IMG/VR virus record: IMGVR_UViG_3300021492_000072
Direction: 5' to 3' (one strand)
Length of the DNA: 64,000 nt
Source of the DNA: a virus
Position 1 is the first letter of the stretch, and every line of letters starts with the position of its first letter. The notes below the pieces were generated by a model. The model saw only the letters and a program-made list of their open reading frames with translations, did not search any database and was not told where the DNA came from. Shown in pieces: positions 36,272 through 45,664 of this stretch. The translations under genes and the position numbers were made by a program.

Positions 36272-36742
36272 ACCTCCCCCACCCCCCGCTATTTCTCGCA
36301 TAACCTCAAGTGCTTTAGTCCAAAACACCTCACTTCCCGACTTCAGTCGCCACAACCTTCCACTTGGCGACTCCATTGTATGTATGACATCTCGTAACAC
36401 CTTTCTGTATAACTCCCCCACCTGAGGCTCAACTATAACCCGGTCTCCAACTAGTACAAGACGTATAGCGCAAAAAAGCATCGACCACCCAAAACTAACA
36501 ACCGCTTCTACGTCCACTCCACCTTTATACCAACCCCGTAAAGCGGCGGGCTTAGTGCCCGTAAACTCAACCGTTTCCAACTCAAAAGGAGCGCGAAGCA
36601 CGGTACGGTGGATTTGAGCGCGTGCCTCCGCACGCCTCTTCCGCTCATTTCGCTCGTACGATTCAAGACACTGACTAGTGAATTCACGTCCTTGTTGTTT
36701 TAGACTCAAATTTACATATCCTCTTAACATGATCCCCCACAC
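36254..36742 (-). CDS. hypothetical protein, family B (recent duplicate of 35491)
   Basis: High protein and DNA similarity to 35491-36177. Confidence 0.65.
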   Translation of the reverse strand: MWGIMLRGYVNLSLKQQGREFTSQCLESYERNERKRRAEARAQIHRTVLRAPFELETVEFTGTKPAALRGWYKGGVDVEAVVSFGWSMLFCAIRLVLVGDRVIVEPQVGELYRKVLRDVIHTMESPSGRLWRLKSGSEVFWTKALEVMREIAGGGGGDDCLY

Positions 36743-37248
36743 CTCAACTTTGTCTCTAGTAACTTATATGCCTTACAACAGTAATTCACTTGGTATAAAC
36801 AATCGTCTAACGCGTTATGTGTTTTTGGGTCTCCGCTCTTCTCCTCCCTCTTAAGTCCCGCCAAAAACACCAAAGTCCTAATATCCCTCCAACGGGTATA
36901 GTGAAATGGGAGTTTTTGCCCGAGTTTTTGACAGACACTCTCAAGAATTTCTATATCGTAAAAATGCGACCAAACGTAGGCTTTTTTATCGATCTTACAG
37001 AAAGCCGTTAGCTCTTCCAGAGCCTTTGTCAAAGGAATAGTATCCTTATCCCAAGTAATCCTGTCTTTATTCTCCAGCCAAAATTTGAGTTCTTTATATT
37101 TGATCTCAAGGCCTTTATCCAAACAGGACTTTATATTAACGTTTACAAGAAAAGTTTCTCCGGTTTTTCCTGCCCAATCAAAGTACACTGCGCCGATCTG
37201 GGTAATAACCGTACCTAGCGTCTCAAGGTCCAACATTATATTACTCAC
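36724..37248 (-). CDS. DEDDh 3'-5' exonuclease (Rv2179c-like)
   Basis: MLDLETLG, IGAV, D..IL, RD.RT, HNALDD. Confidence 0.85.
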   Translation of the reverse strand: MSNIMLDLETLGTVITQIGAVYFDWAGKTGETFLVNVNIKSCLDKGLEIKYKELKFWLENKDRITWDKDTIPLTKALEELTAFCKIDKKAYVWSHFYDIEILESVCQKLGQKLPFHYTRWRDIRTLVFLAGLKREEKSGDPKTHNALDDCLYQVNYCCKAYKLLETKLRCGGSC

Positions 37249-37276
37249 ACCACATCTCCTCCTTCACAAAGGTCAC

Positions 37277-37600
37277 TTACTCCACCCTTGTCAAAATTCG
37301 AAACCTTAAGTCTTCGGGTTTCACACCAAATACTCCTGTCGTGAAACCCTTCACCTCGCGTGACGTGTTCCGCTTCAAAGTCACAACCAAAGCACTCTCA
37401 CCCACTCGTAAGCCGCGAAAGAAAGGACTGCTGCTTCTCACGGCACCTAACCTCTCTAAAAGTTCACGGGTTGACACGTGCCCAACGTAATGAGTAAGCC
37501 CGTGTACTAAAGGTTTTACCTCCTCAAATCTTTTCGTTCTAACTTTATACACGCCATCCTCCGTCGCCACCACAGACGACAAAATAGCTACTAGTCTCAT
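37277..37600 (-). CDS. DUF1874/AcrIII-1-like viral ring nuclease (anti-type III CRISPR)
   Basis: 107 aa; DG.Y.V...EE.K.L, YVGH.ST..LL, GE.ALV..LK, F..LTR.E resemble the YddF/STIV B116 pattern. Confidence 0.75.
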   Translation of the reverse strand: MRLVAILSSVVATEDGVYKVRTKRFEEVKPLVHGLTHYVGHVSTRELLERLGAVRSSSPFFRGLRVGESALVVTLKRNTSREVKGFTTGVFGVKPEDLRFRILTRVE

Positions 37601-37842
37601 TCTTCCTCCTCCTTCTCAAGTTGTCGGTAAAATTCAGACCATCCCTTCTCCACATATGTATACGGGGCGTACTTCTCTAGAAGCCCCTTCTTCACTAACC
37701 GATCGCACCTACACCGAACAGCATTAAAAGAAAGCTCTATACCAAGTTCATACCTAATCTGGTCCTTCAAAAAGCCCACATGCGTTGGCATAATAGTATG
37801 AGACACAATAACTTCATTGACCTCTTTACTTCGCACACACAA
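37597..37842 (-). CDS. small winged-helix-like protein
   Basis: AVR.RC.RLVKKGLLEK. Confidence 0.45.
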   Translation of the reverse strand: MCVRSKEVNEVIVSHTIMPTHVGFLKDQIRYELGIELSFNAVRCRCDRLVKKGLLEKYAPYTYVEKGWSEFYRQLEKEEEE

Positions 37843-38293
37843 TCTCCCCTATTGTAAGTAATACTCTCCAGACATACTCTTTACTTCGCGCCCCGCAGTA
37901 TCGGTACAAAACACGGACTAGGTCGGGCTCGGTAGCGAACAACTTTCGTAGTATATAACCAACAGCCTGTATGTTCGTCTCAATACCAAATAAGTCCCTT
38001 TGTGTCTTTATAATCCCAGCCTGCTTGAGTTCCGGAACCCAAACAGGCATGATTTGACCCAAGCCAATCGCACCCGTAGGGGACACAGCATATGGGTCAA
38101 AGTGGCTTTCAACTTTACATATAGCTAAAATTAAGATAGGGTGCGCTTCTTGGTGTGCACACTGCACAACCAGCCATGCCTGTGATCTCGTTAACCGACT
38201 GTTCTTTAACACCCAATCTACTTCATCTCCGTAAGCGCAAATAGCAAAACACAAAAGGGCGCCTACTATACAGCTTCTCACTCCTCCAACCAA
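37826..38293 (-). CDS. lytic transglycosylase (SLT domain) with signal peptide
   Basis: ILAI.KVES.F.P.AVS..GAIGLGQIMP, NI..G..IL, Y. Confidence 0.88.
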   Translation of the reverse strand: MVGGVRSCIVGALLCFAICAYGDEVDWVLKNSRLTRSQAWLVVQCAHQEAHPILILAICKVESHFDPYAVSPTGAIGLGQIMPVWVPELKQAGIIKTQRDLFGIETNIQAVGYILRKLFATEPDLVRVLYRYCGARSKEYVWRVLLTIGEIVCAK

Positions 38294-38320
38294 AGCTTCT
38301 CTCTCTTTCAGTTTCTCTTA

Positions 38321-38611
38321 CTACCTTATCTTAATCTCGTACCTACCGCGTCCCTTTGAAACTACCTCTACTGTGTAAGAAGGCGCGACACCGCCCGGAC
38401 GCACCAACTTGAACTTAGGACAATATGCTAAGTACTCTATAGTGTCATTCTCATATTTGTAGCTCGCGTCCAGGATAATAAAGTTAGAGAACACCAACAT
38501 AAGCACCCCAAGCAACTCAGAGTTCTCATTACCTATAGCTAAATCCAACATCCTTTTACTGATTTCAAATTTGCCTAACCTCCGACCTTTAGGTTCTCTC
38601 TGACCTGCCAC
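38321..38611 (-). CDS. hypothetical protein
   Basis: ORF track. Confidence 0.55.
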   Translation of the reverse strand: MAGQREPKGRRLGKFEISKRMLDLAIGNENSELLGVLMLVFSNFIILDASYKYENDTIEYLAYCPKFKLVRPGGVAPSYTVEVVSKGRGRYEIKIR

Positions 38612-38646
38612 TATAACACCCCCTATTTTACCACAAACTCAGCTAC

Positions 38647-38844
38647 CTAATAATAAATCTCTACCACTTTCCCATTTTCGTACACGACCGCTGCTTCGCT
38701 ACACCTTACCTCAAACCAAGGCTCGTCTTCATCCTTCCCCTTTAACTTTATTTCCCACCACGGTTCTTCGTCTGTGGGGGTAGACACAAGTACTTCATCT
38801 CCGTCACCCCAATCTCTACCGTAAAAAAGCGCTCTTCCAAGCAT
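38647..38844 (-). CDS. small acidic protein
   Basis: GGAGG RBS. Confidence 0.5.
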   Translation of the reverse strand: MLGRALFYGRDWGDGDEVLVSTPTDEEPWWEIKLKGKDEDEPWFEVRCSEAAVVYENGKVVEIYY

Positions 38845-38859
38845 TGATCTATACCTCCT

Positions 38860-39063
38860 CTATTTTATCCTCCTCACAAATAACACACACCCACGTCCAA
38901 GAGGAATCAACTTCATCTGCCCTGGCTCAAGTGGCAGTATGTCTTTCTCTTCCACCCCCAACGCTCCAAGGTGATCCCGGTCACACATCCGACGGAGACT
39001 AATTCGAGGTTGGTGTGCGATGCACACCCCGCCTGGGGACAGAATCTTTGACTGAAGCAACAC
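38860..39063 (-). CDS. hypothetical protein
   Basis: GGAGG RBS. Confidence 0.5.
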   Translation of the reverse strand: MLLQSKILSPGGVCIAHQPRISLRRMCDRDHLGALGVEEKDILPLEPGQMKLIPLGRGCVLFVRRIK

Positions 39064-39112
39064 TAAAGGTACCTCCTTCTCAAAACCAACTTATCAAAAA
39101 CCGCTAAACATT

Positions 39113-39775
39113 TTAGCGTATCAAGCGCTTCCATGCTGTTACACCAACACGAAGCTTCCACAATCTACCCTTAGGGGAGGTCTTTATAGCACGAATAACA
39201 TCAGTTAACACCTTCTGCCGCAGTCTCCCTTTCCGAGCCGACATCGTAATAACCACCCCACCCCTTGATAGCCTTACGATCGTAGGGATGCCATCAACAA
39301 TCATGACTTCAGCGCGTACGTCTCCATATCTACCACAAACCCCAAAAGCGGGACCAAGGCTAGATTCGGGTCCGCGAACTATGTGAAGGTCGTTAAGTTC
39401 AAAAGAATTATATAACACATCCAAACGCAAAGCCGCCTTTGAATTACAGAGTTGAGAAGCAACTCCTTGAACGAAACCCTCCAATTCAGACGCTACAACG
39501 TCACGGAACGCCTGTAAAACGCGACCGATCCGCTTTCCCTTTATAAAGTTAAGCTCACTCGGTGCGTCAATTATCCGACCATTCTGGTTGAACGGACTTT
39601 TTATCACAAACTCAAAGGGGTGAAAGATCCATCTCGAACCCCTGTTGGACAGGAGTTCCTTCACCTCTTCCACTGTTGAGGCCTCGAAATCGGTCACATA
39701 GTCTCCCTCAAAACTAACCAATAATGCCTGATACACCTCACAAACCCCTTTGCGACAGTTAACGGTGATAATCAA
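39113..39775 (-). CDS. two-domain hypothetical protein with family B C-terminal domain
   Basis: FELND...G.YG...KVLTDVIRAIK.SPKGRLWKL. Confidence 0.6.
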   Translation of the reverse strand: MIITVNCRKGVCEVYQALLVSFEGDYVTDFEASTVEEVKELLSNRGSRWIFHPFEFVIKSPFNQNGRIIDAPSELNFIKGKRIGRVLQAFRDVVASELEGFVQGVASQLCNSKAALRLDVLYNSFELNDLHIVRGPESSLGPAFGVCGRYGDVRAEVMIVDGIPTIVRLSRGGVVITMSARKGRLRQKVLTDVIRAIKTSPKGRLWKLRVGVTAWKRLIR

Positions 39776-40319
39776 CCGTAACCAAATACCCAGTAGTTAT
39801 ACCCCTCTCCTCTAAAGTCTTCTTCACATAGCCGTCAAAGCCGGTCCTACAAAAGCCGAAACCAGTCCAAATCTCATGGTGAAGAACCTCGTTCGGAAGA
39901 ATTAGTGTATAACACGTCAGTCGCGATGATACCCTCCCAACAGAAACAACATCATCAGCGTAACCATCATCCCTGTACCTATCACGACAAGTCGGTATAA
40001 GCCCCTCGAAACCTGGGAAAAGTTTCAAGAACTCTTCACGCCTCTTGGCCTCCTGAACCTTTTTCGGATTCTTAGCCCCATACCAAAACAATCTCTTCTC
40101 TTCGCAAATCTTGTAAAACTTTTCAATCTTCGACGGATCCAGTGTCGTTACTGTATGAACACCAGACCACTGACCGCCAACAACAAACCAATCCCAAAAA
40201 CCATGGCGCTCACCGGTTGCCTCATCGAACCACAGTTTGTAAGGTTCCATGATCCTCAAAACAGCTTCAAACACATCTTTAGGTAATCCTTCAAGGTAAA
40301 CCTCGCAATGATAATGCAT
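39759..40319 (-). CDS. conserved-looking phage hypothetical protein
   Basis: WDWFVVGGQWSG and LVTVDYH motifs. Confidence 0.6.
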   Translation of the reverse strand: MHYHCEVYLEGLPKDVFEAVLRIMEPYKLWFDEATGERHGFWDWFVVGGQWSGVHTVTTLDPSKIEKFYKICEEKRLFWYGAKNPKKVQEAKRREEFLKLFPGFEGLIPTCRDRYRDDGYADDVVSVGRVSSRLTCYTLILPNEVLHHEIWTGFGFCRTGFDGYVKKTLEERGITTGYLVTVDYHR

Positions 40320-40561
40320 CCAAAAACCTCTCTCTACAGTTCTTCAACTAAATACACCCTAAAAAGACACCCACCTTACGACACATGCTTGTCATCTTTA
40401 AGGTTAGAACACTTACTTAACATGACCCGAAACGCTCGTTCATACTCCCTCAACATCCTCTCTGAAGCAGTATGAGTAATGACAGCTCCAATGAAAACAC
40501 CTAACCCAAAACAACACAGCCCAACTACTAACAATTGTACCCCCATAAGATCACCTCCTTA

Positions 40562-40813
40562 CTATTCAGACCCACTTACCTTCAAATCGGGGAAGTCGGT
40601 TATCACTGAATCTACCACTGCTCTCATCTCTTCTTGGTTCAAGATAACTTGTGGGTTGTTCCTCGCCAGGTCCCGCTCTGCCTCATTATCGTCATCATAG
40701 TAGCCACTTTCTACCCATACATGACATTCATACCAATTAATAGCGTAGTACTTCTTCTTCTTCATCTCTCCTCCTCCTCCTACCACACATGATGCGGCCA
40801 CCTTATAACCCAA
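40562..40813 (-). CDS. hypothetical protein
   Basis: Likely starts at MKKKKYY after GGAGGAGGAG. Confidence 0.5.
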   Translation of the reverse strand: MGYKVAASCVVGGGGEMKKKKYYAINWYECHVWVESGYYDDDNEAERDLARNNPQVILNQEEMRAVVDSVITDFPDLKVSGSE

Positions 40814-41703
40814 CCATCATGTACGTAGTAATTGAACCTTAATAATAAGTCAAAGAAATCTCGAGCTAAAATATACTTCCAATACGCCGGTAACTCTGTT
40901 GACACAGTTGATTGTACGAGTGAGCGAAGGGGAAAACTCGCGACACGCATCTCTACTAACTCACTCTTAGTCATACCAAAAATCACTCTCATTACACCAC
41001 TTGGATAATGAAGGAGCTTAAAATCGATTGGGCGAAACTGAATCTCTCTAGATAAGTCAACTTGTGGTAGTGATTTAACAAGGCCCTCAAAAGCCTTCAC
41101 CAAATCTTCTTCAACTAGGACCCCCGCGTAAGGGCCAATATGGATTTTACGAACAATCGGATCAGAAATAATCCTAAACTCCCGCGTCTGAACCGCGAGC
41201 CGTAAGTTGAGCGCGGCCTTACCGACTTCAGAGTTCGTAATCACCAACGAAGGGGCAAACGTAACATTCATCTCGCACCGTTGTACCCCCTCAATTCGCA
41301 TAATTGAAAACTCATCGGTCAACATCTCCCAAACAGGGTCTGTCACCTTACCGAAAACCTTACTCAACTTAAGGTGAGGGAGCAACTCGCGACAAACAAC
41401 AATGTTATCAATTGGTTTATAACTCGTCGAAAGAACACCTCTAACTGTCTGCTCACGTAACCTCAACAAAAACTGAGTCTCCTTCAACACCCTATTTATT
41501 ACTTCACATAAGCCCTCTTCCTTTAGAATTTCAAAGAACTTCACAGTACAACCCGCAAAAGAGCACAATTGCGACGTCGCAGTATCATTCAAGGTTAAAG
41601 GTCCATTAGGATACACTATACCTCCACTACTATCCAATTTAAGAGAAGCGGTCACGTCCCTACATCCCTTCGTGAATTCCTCTACTTGACTAAGGAAGTC
41701 CAT
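40780..41703 (-). CDS. DUF932-like protein
   Basis: A.SQLC, LLR....VRGVLS..Y..IDN, ITNSEVG..AL. Confidence 0.65.
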   Translation of the reverse strand: MDFLSQVEEFTKGCRDVTASLKLDSSGGIVYPNGPLTLNDTATSQLCSFAGCTVKFFEILKEEGLCEVINRVLKETQFLLRLREQTVRGVLSTSYKPIDNIVVCRELLPHLKLSKVFGKVTDPVWEMLTDEFSIMRIEGVQRCEMNVTFAPSLVITNSEVGKAALNLRLAVQTREFRIISDPIVRKIHIGPYAGVLVEEDLVKAFEGLVKSLPQVDLSREIQFRPIDFKLLHYPSGVMRVIFGMTKSELVEMRVASFPLRSLVQSTVSTELPAYWKYILARDFFDLLLRFNYYVHDGWVIRWPHHVW

Positions 41704-41725
41704 AGCCTACCTCCTTCTTGATCCT

Positions 41726-42142
41726 CTACGTATAGTTCAACCATTTGGGTGGCACTGTGTGCAACCCAAACCAGTACACCCACTTACCGTTACACACATG
41801 AGTGTAGTAAACCGTCGCGTACTCACCAACTCTGCCTAGTACTACCCATACATACTCTTGACCATGGTCCTCTGGGGGCCAAACTGGAGGCACAAGATCA
41901 ATGTCACCCCGTGGACATTCGTCCATTAGCCTCCGTACTAGAATAGCCGCTAGCTCCTCCATACCGTTAAACATCAACCGGTTTTCGCTTCCAACAGGGA
42001 TCCCATTCTCAATTGGTATTCCCAACAAGATTGACTTCAAATCCTCCCCATGACTACTCGGGTCTCCATCAAACTGTCTAGAAACACAAACAATCGGTCT
42101 GCGTTTCTCATCAAACACGTAAGTTAAACATTTCGTACCCAT
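41726..42142 (-). CDS. hypothetical protein, family E copy 2
   Basis: MGTKCLTYVFDE...FDG.P..HGEDL...FNGMEELAA. Confidence 0.7.
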   Translation of the reverse strand: MGTKCLTYVFDEKRRPIVCVSRQFDGDPSSHGEDLKSILLGIPIENGIPVGSENRLMFNGMEELAAILVRRLMDECPRGDIDLVPPVWPPEDHGQEYVWVVLGRVGEYATVYYTHVCNGKWVYWFGLHTVPPKWLNYT

Positions 42143-42198
42143 TTCACACTCCTTCAAACCCTCATCACTACATTCATCAAAGTCGTGCACAACGCGCT

Positions 42199-42621
42199 CT
42201 AAATAGTAAATAGGAACCCCCGCCGAGCTAAGTCCACTTGAGGGCCAAACCAGTGATGCCATTTAATGTTACACGCATGAGTATAGTAAACTGTCGCGCA
42301 TTCACCAACCCTACCCAATACCACCCATATGTAATCTTGACCGTAATCCTCTGGAGGCCAGACCGGAGGCACAAGGTAAACATTTCCGCGGGGATTTTGG
42401 TCTTTTAACCTGTACACCAACAGAGCCGCCAGTTCTTCCATACCATTAAACAACAAACGATTCTTTTTTCCTAATGGGAGCCCGTCCACGATCGGGATTC
42501 CCGACAAGATCAACTTCAAGTCTTCTCCATGACCTTCGGGGTATCCATCAAACCGTCTGAGAACGCAAACGATTGGTTTACATTCTTCATCAAACACGTA
42601 AGTCAGGCATTTCGTCCCCAT
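42199..42621 (-). CDS. hypothetical protein, family E copy 1
   Basis: Tandem paralogue of 41726; DGYPEGHG. Confidence 0.7.
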   Translation of the reverse strand: MGTKCLTYVFDEECKPIVCVLRRFDGYPEGHGEDLKLILSGIPIVDGLPLGKKNRLLFNGMEELAALLVYRLKDQNPRGNVYLVPPVWPPEDYGQDYIWVVLGRVGECATVYYTHACNIKWHHWFGPQVDLARRGFLFTI

Positions 42622-42659
42622 CTTTCCATACTCCCTCTTCTAAACCTTAAGTGATTCCT

Positions 42660-43232
42660 TTACTTCTGACACTGACGGTAGTAAGTGCAAAATTTTTCCC
42701 ATTGTGAGACGATGGAATCCCCATACCGTATGTTAAAAAGGTACACATGCCATTGCAACTTAGCTCGATACACTACGTCCATCAAAGACAGAAGACGCGC
42801 GCCTCGAATTTTAAACGCGGTATAAGATTCAAACCCACTCCAATGAGCGCAGCGCACCCTAATAGTAACGGGATTCAAGTATGGCGGAGCTAAACGCCAC
42901 GCTTTTAGACAATCTGAGAGCGAGTTACTGAGCTTTAGTAACCGTCGTTGAGGTGTATTTATGCTGCGCAACGCGTCCTTCAACTTCACGAGAGTCATGG
43001 CTCGTGTACCATATCTCTCTAGCCGAATTGAGCCACTCGTTATTGCCAGATAGGGAAACCTCACCTCAACCTCATCATCCCCAAACTTCAATTCAACCAA
43101 CACATCGTTGGGCAACCGTGTTTTAAACTGAACACACGGCGCAACACACAAAATTGTTTCCAACACAACAGCGGGATGAATTTGGGACAGGAGTGACTTT
43201 TCTACTTCGATAAGCTCGTTATGTAAACTCAT
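42660..43232 (-). CDS. hypothetical protein
   Basis: RBS; weak family B-like motif L.DALRSI.TP..RL.KL. Confidence 0.55.
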   Translation of the reverse strand: MSLHNELIEVEKSLLSQIHPAVVLETILCVAPCVQFKTRLPNDVLVELKFGDDEVEVRFPYLAITSGSIRLERYGTRAMTLVKLKDALRSINTPQRRLLKLSNSLSDCLKAWRLAPPYLNPVTIRVRCAHWSGFESYTAFKIRGARLLSLMDVVYRAKLQWHVYLFNIRYGDSIVSQWEKFCTYYRQCQK

Positions 43233-43256
43233 ATTCTCCTCAAACCCCCACCAAGT

Positions 43257-43679
43257 TTACCAAATATGGGTTAAGAAGTGCTTAAGCCAATCTAAGTTAA
43301 CATACTCAATCGGGTAATGTGCACGAAATAAATCCAACCTCATTCCCGCTTTAGTTATGGTGTACCGCCCCCGCTTCTCTCGCACTATCAACCCAAAAAC
43401 TAATAACTTCTCAAGCGGTCGTGACGTCCACGCAAATCCGGCCCATCCACGGCTCACTAAATACCTATGGATCTCACAATGCCTTGCGGACTTCTTCCTC
43501 TTCAAGAAATGAAGCACCGCCCTAGCACGCAGATCTAGTGTGAAGCGGTTCTCCAAGAATTGCTTCTCCCAAAATTGGCGGCGACTATAACTGCCTTGTA
43601 AAACACGTTGGATGGCTTCCTTGTCGGAAGGAAACACCTGCAACCATTCCATCGCGAAGTATTTAGTAGTTGACTCCAC
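43257..43679 (-). CDS. winged-helix DNA-binding protein
   Basis: LEKL...GLI......Y.IT..G. Confidence 0.6.
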   Translation of the reverse strand: MESTTKYFAMEWLQVFPSDKEAIQRVLQGSYSRRQFWEKQFLENRFTLDLRARAVLHFLKRKKSARHCEIHRYLVSRGWAGFAWTSRPLEKLLVFGLIVREKRGRYTITKAGMRLDLFRAHYPIEYVNLDWLKHFLTHIW

Positions 43680-44392
43680 TACACTACCTCCTCAAGTTCA
43701 ATCAAACATCTTAAACCCTCAAGGTTCCTTTTTGTCAGTTGTATAACAGGTGCGTAGCACGGAGTAAAAGTCTCACTCCAGACCCAAAGAACACATCCAG
43801 GAGCGTACTTCAACGTGAACATATCGCTCAACGAGCGAATCACTCCCCACTCACGGTCCCCCAAAGTCACTCTGAAGCAGTAACCCAGCCGTACTAATTG
43901 AAGCGCGGCAACAATGGGTGGAACCGTAAACCAAGTAAATTTGGTCAATCCATACGCAGGGGTGTGATATATAGTCAGCTTACCTTTTATCACACGCTTT
44001 ACGACTTCAAGTTTAGTAATGAACAGCAGTCGGTAGCTAAAACACAAGTCATCACGCACCTCAAGGGGTAGACTAACATTACCAGCCTTAAACAGTGATT
44101 CAGAAAGAGATAAACCCAAACCCTTGGGGTGGTGTACCAACTTGGTCCAAAGTGCGGGTCCATCGACTACAAAAGCCCTAAAGCGATTATACACCTGGAA
44201 AAAGTCCTCCCATGACATAGGAAAGTAGTTATGCTTACATGTTTGCACAAAACGCCCACGACGCGAGGACACTGTGACGTGAGCCCGCCTCCTGAACATC
44301 GTCACCGACGCCTCAAAGTGAGGTACCGTTGATCCAGGACGTGGGCCATAACCCAACGAAACTGTTTTCAACTCCCACTTCAACCGCTTCAC
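43679..44392 (-). CDS. hypothetical protein, family D
   Basis: Paralogue of 33372. Confidence 0.6.
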   Translation of the reverse strand: MKRLKWELKTVSLGYGPRPGSTVPHFEASVTMFRRRAHVTVSSRRGRFVQTCKHNYFPMSWEDFFQVYNRFRAFVVDGPALWTKLVHHPKGLGLSLSESLFKAGNVSLPLEVRDDLCFSYRLLFITKLEVVKRVIKGKLTIYHTPAYGLTKFTWFTVPPIVAALQLVRLGYCFRVTLGDREWGVIRSLSDMFTLKYAPGCVLWVWSETFTPCYAPVIQLTKRNLEGLRCLIELEEVV

Positions 44393-44406
44393 ATATTCAC
44401 CTCCTC

Positions 44407-45609
44407 TTATATCATTAAGACTCTACCAAATGGAAACTCCATCCCAATAGTGCCTGGTCCTTCAACCACCACCCAAAGTACTGAGTAAGGCGGCACCTTT
44501 TCAGGAAACGCACCGTATCCATCTGTAAAATAAACTAAAATCGCGGGATTTAAACGGCGTTCCTCAACGTTCTCGAAGACAGGACGAAAGTCCGTTCCAC
44601 CACCGCCACTAACTTTAACAGGGAACGCTGGATTATGGTAAAACTCGTGTACCTTCGCATCACAAACGTACACATATAAATCAGTAACTACCCTTTTTAG
44701 CTGTTCTAACTCTGTCATAAATTGTGTCAGCTCAGTTCGACTGATTGACCCACTTGTGTCAATCGCAGCAACAACTTGGGTTGAACACTTTTGTGATCCA
44801 GGAATCCTAATTCCATTCTTAAAACAAGTTCGAGACCATATTGGAATCCTTGTGTAAGTGAAGTATTTACTCCTTCGCCCCACAGCTGAAACTATCTTTG
44901 AACGTACATACAAAGTCCATCTCACTTTTGGAACAGCTCGATCAAACTCCCTCGCCAATCCTGCTGGTAAATCTCCCCGGCTCTTCCTCAAAGCGTCTGC
45001 GAACTCCTCTCTTGCTAACCCAGATCCTTCCAATTTCCTTCCTTCCTCAGGGCGTGAAGCAACTGAAACTCCTTTTGTACCACGTGAACTATCATGCCAT
45101 TCAACATATGAGCCAAAACCATCGTCGGGTCCCTTATCCCCCACCTGAAATGATATTCCATCAACTGTAAATTGCTTTAACCCCTTTGATAGCGCGTCAC
45201 CAATTTGGTCTACTAACCAGCGGTATACAACCTCCACCGGGCCATCGGGTGCGCGCTCAAAGAAAACTAAACCCGAGTTTTGTATTTCGTTTCGATCAGT
45301 GAACCCAATATCGGTAAGGATTTTATGTACCACATGGTCCGCGGCTAGATTCCACAGCACAGGTTGTCTCCCTTGACCTCTCTCAATATGAAGGAATGTG
45401 TGGTGCAACAGTTCATGAGCGTAAGCGATTTCCTTCATCCGCTTTGGTAACGAGGGGCGCAGATAAATATGACCCCCTTTTGTTGCACACGCGGAGGCGA
45501 ATTCTGGTAGCCCGTCTGTGTAAGCCACAGGCGCATACAACGCTATTGACACCTGCAAAGCGTTGTAAACCCGTAGTCGGATACCTGTAAAGTCAGTTGC
45601 TTGTTTCAT
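44407..45609 (-). CDS. metallopeptidase-vWA protein (DUF2201-like)
   Basis: HELLH, WNLAAD, DTSGS MIDAS, GGGGTDFRPVF, YFTDG. Confidence 0.9.
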   Translation of the reverse strand: MKQATDFTGIRLRVYNALQVSIALYAPVAYTDGLPEFASACATKGGHIYLRPSLPKRMKEIAYAHELLHHTFLHIERGQGRQPVLWNLAADHVVHKILTDIGFTDRNEIQNSGLVFFERAPDGPVEVVYRWLVDQIGDALSKGLKQFTVDGISFQVGDKGPDDGFGSYVEWHDSSRGTKGVSVASRPEEGRKLEGSGLAREEFADALRKSRGDLPAGLAREFDRAVPKVRWTLYVRSKIVSAVGRRSKYFTYTRIPIWSRTCFKNGIRIPGSQKCSTQVVAAIDTSGSISRTELTQFMTELEQLKRVVTDLYVYVCDAKVHEFYHNPAFPVKVSGGGGTDFRPVFENVEERRLNPAILVYFTDGYGAFPEKVPPYSVLWVVVEGPGTIGMEFPFGRVLMI

Positions 45610-45632
45610 ACAAAGCCTCCTAACAAGACATT

Positions 45633-45664
45633 AAAGGGCCCTAGATTAGCTAGGGCCCCTTTTT
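45633..45664. terminator. GC-rich hairpin, possible intrinsic terminator or processing stem
   Basis: GGGCCCTAG-attag-CTAGGGCCC flanked by A and T runs, between moxR and vWA genes. Confidence 0.5.
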
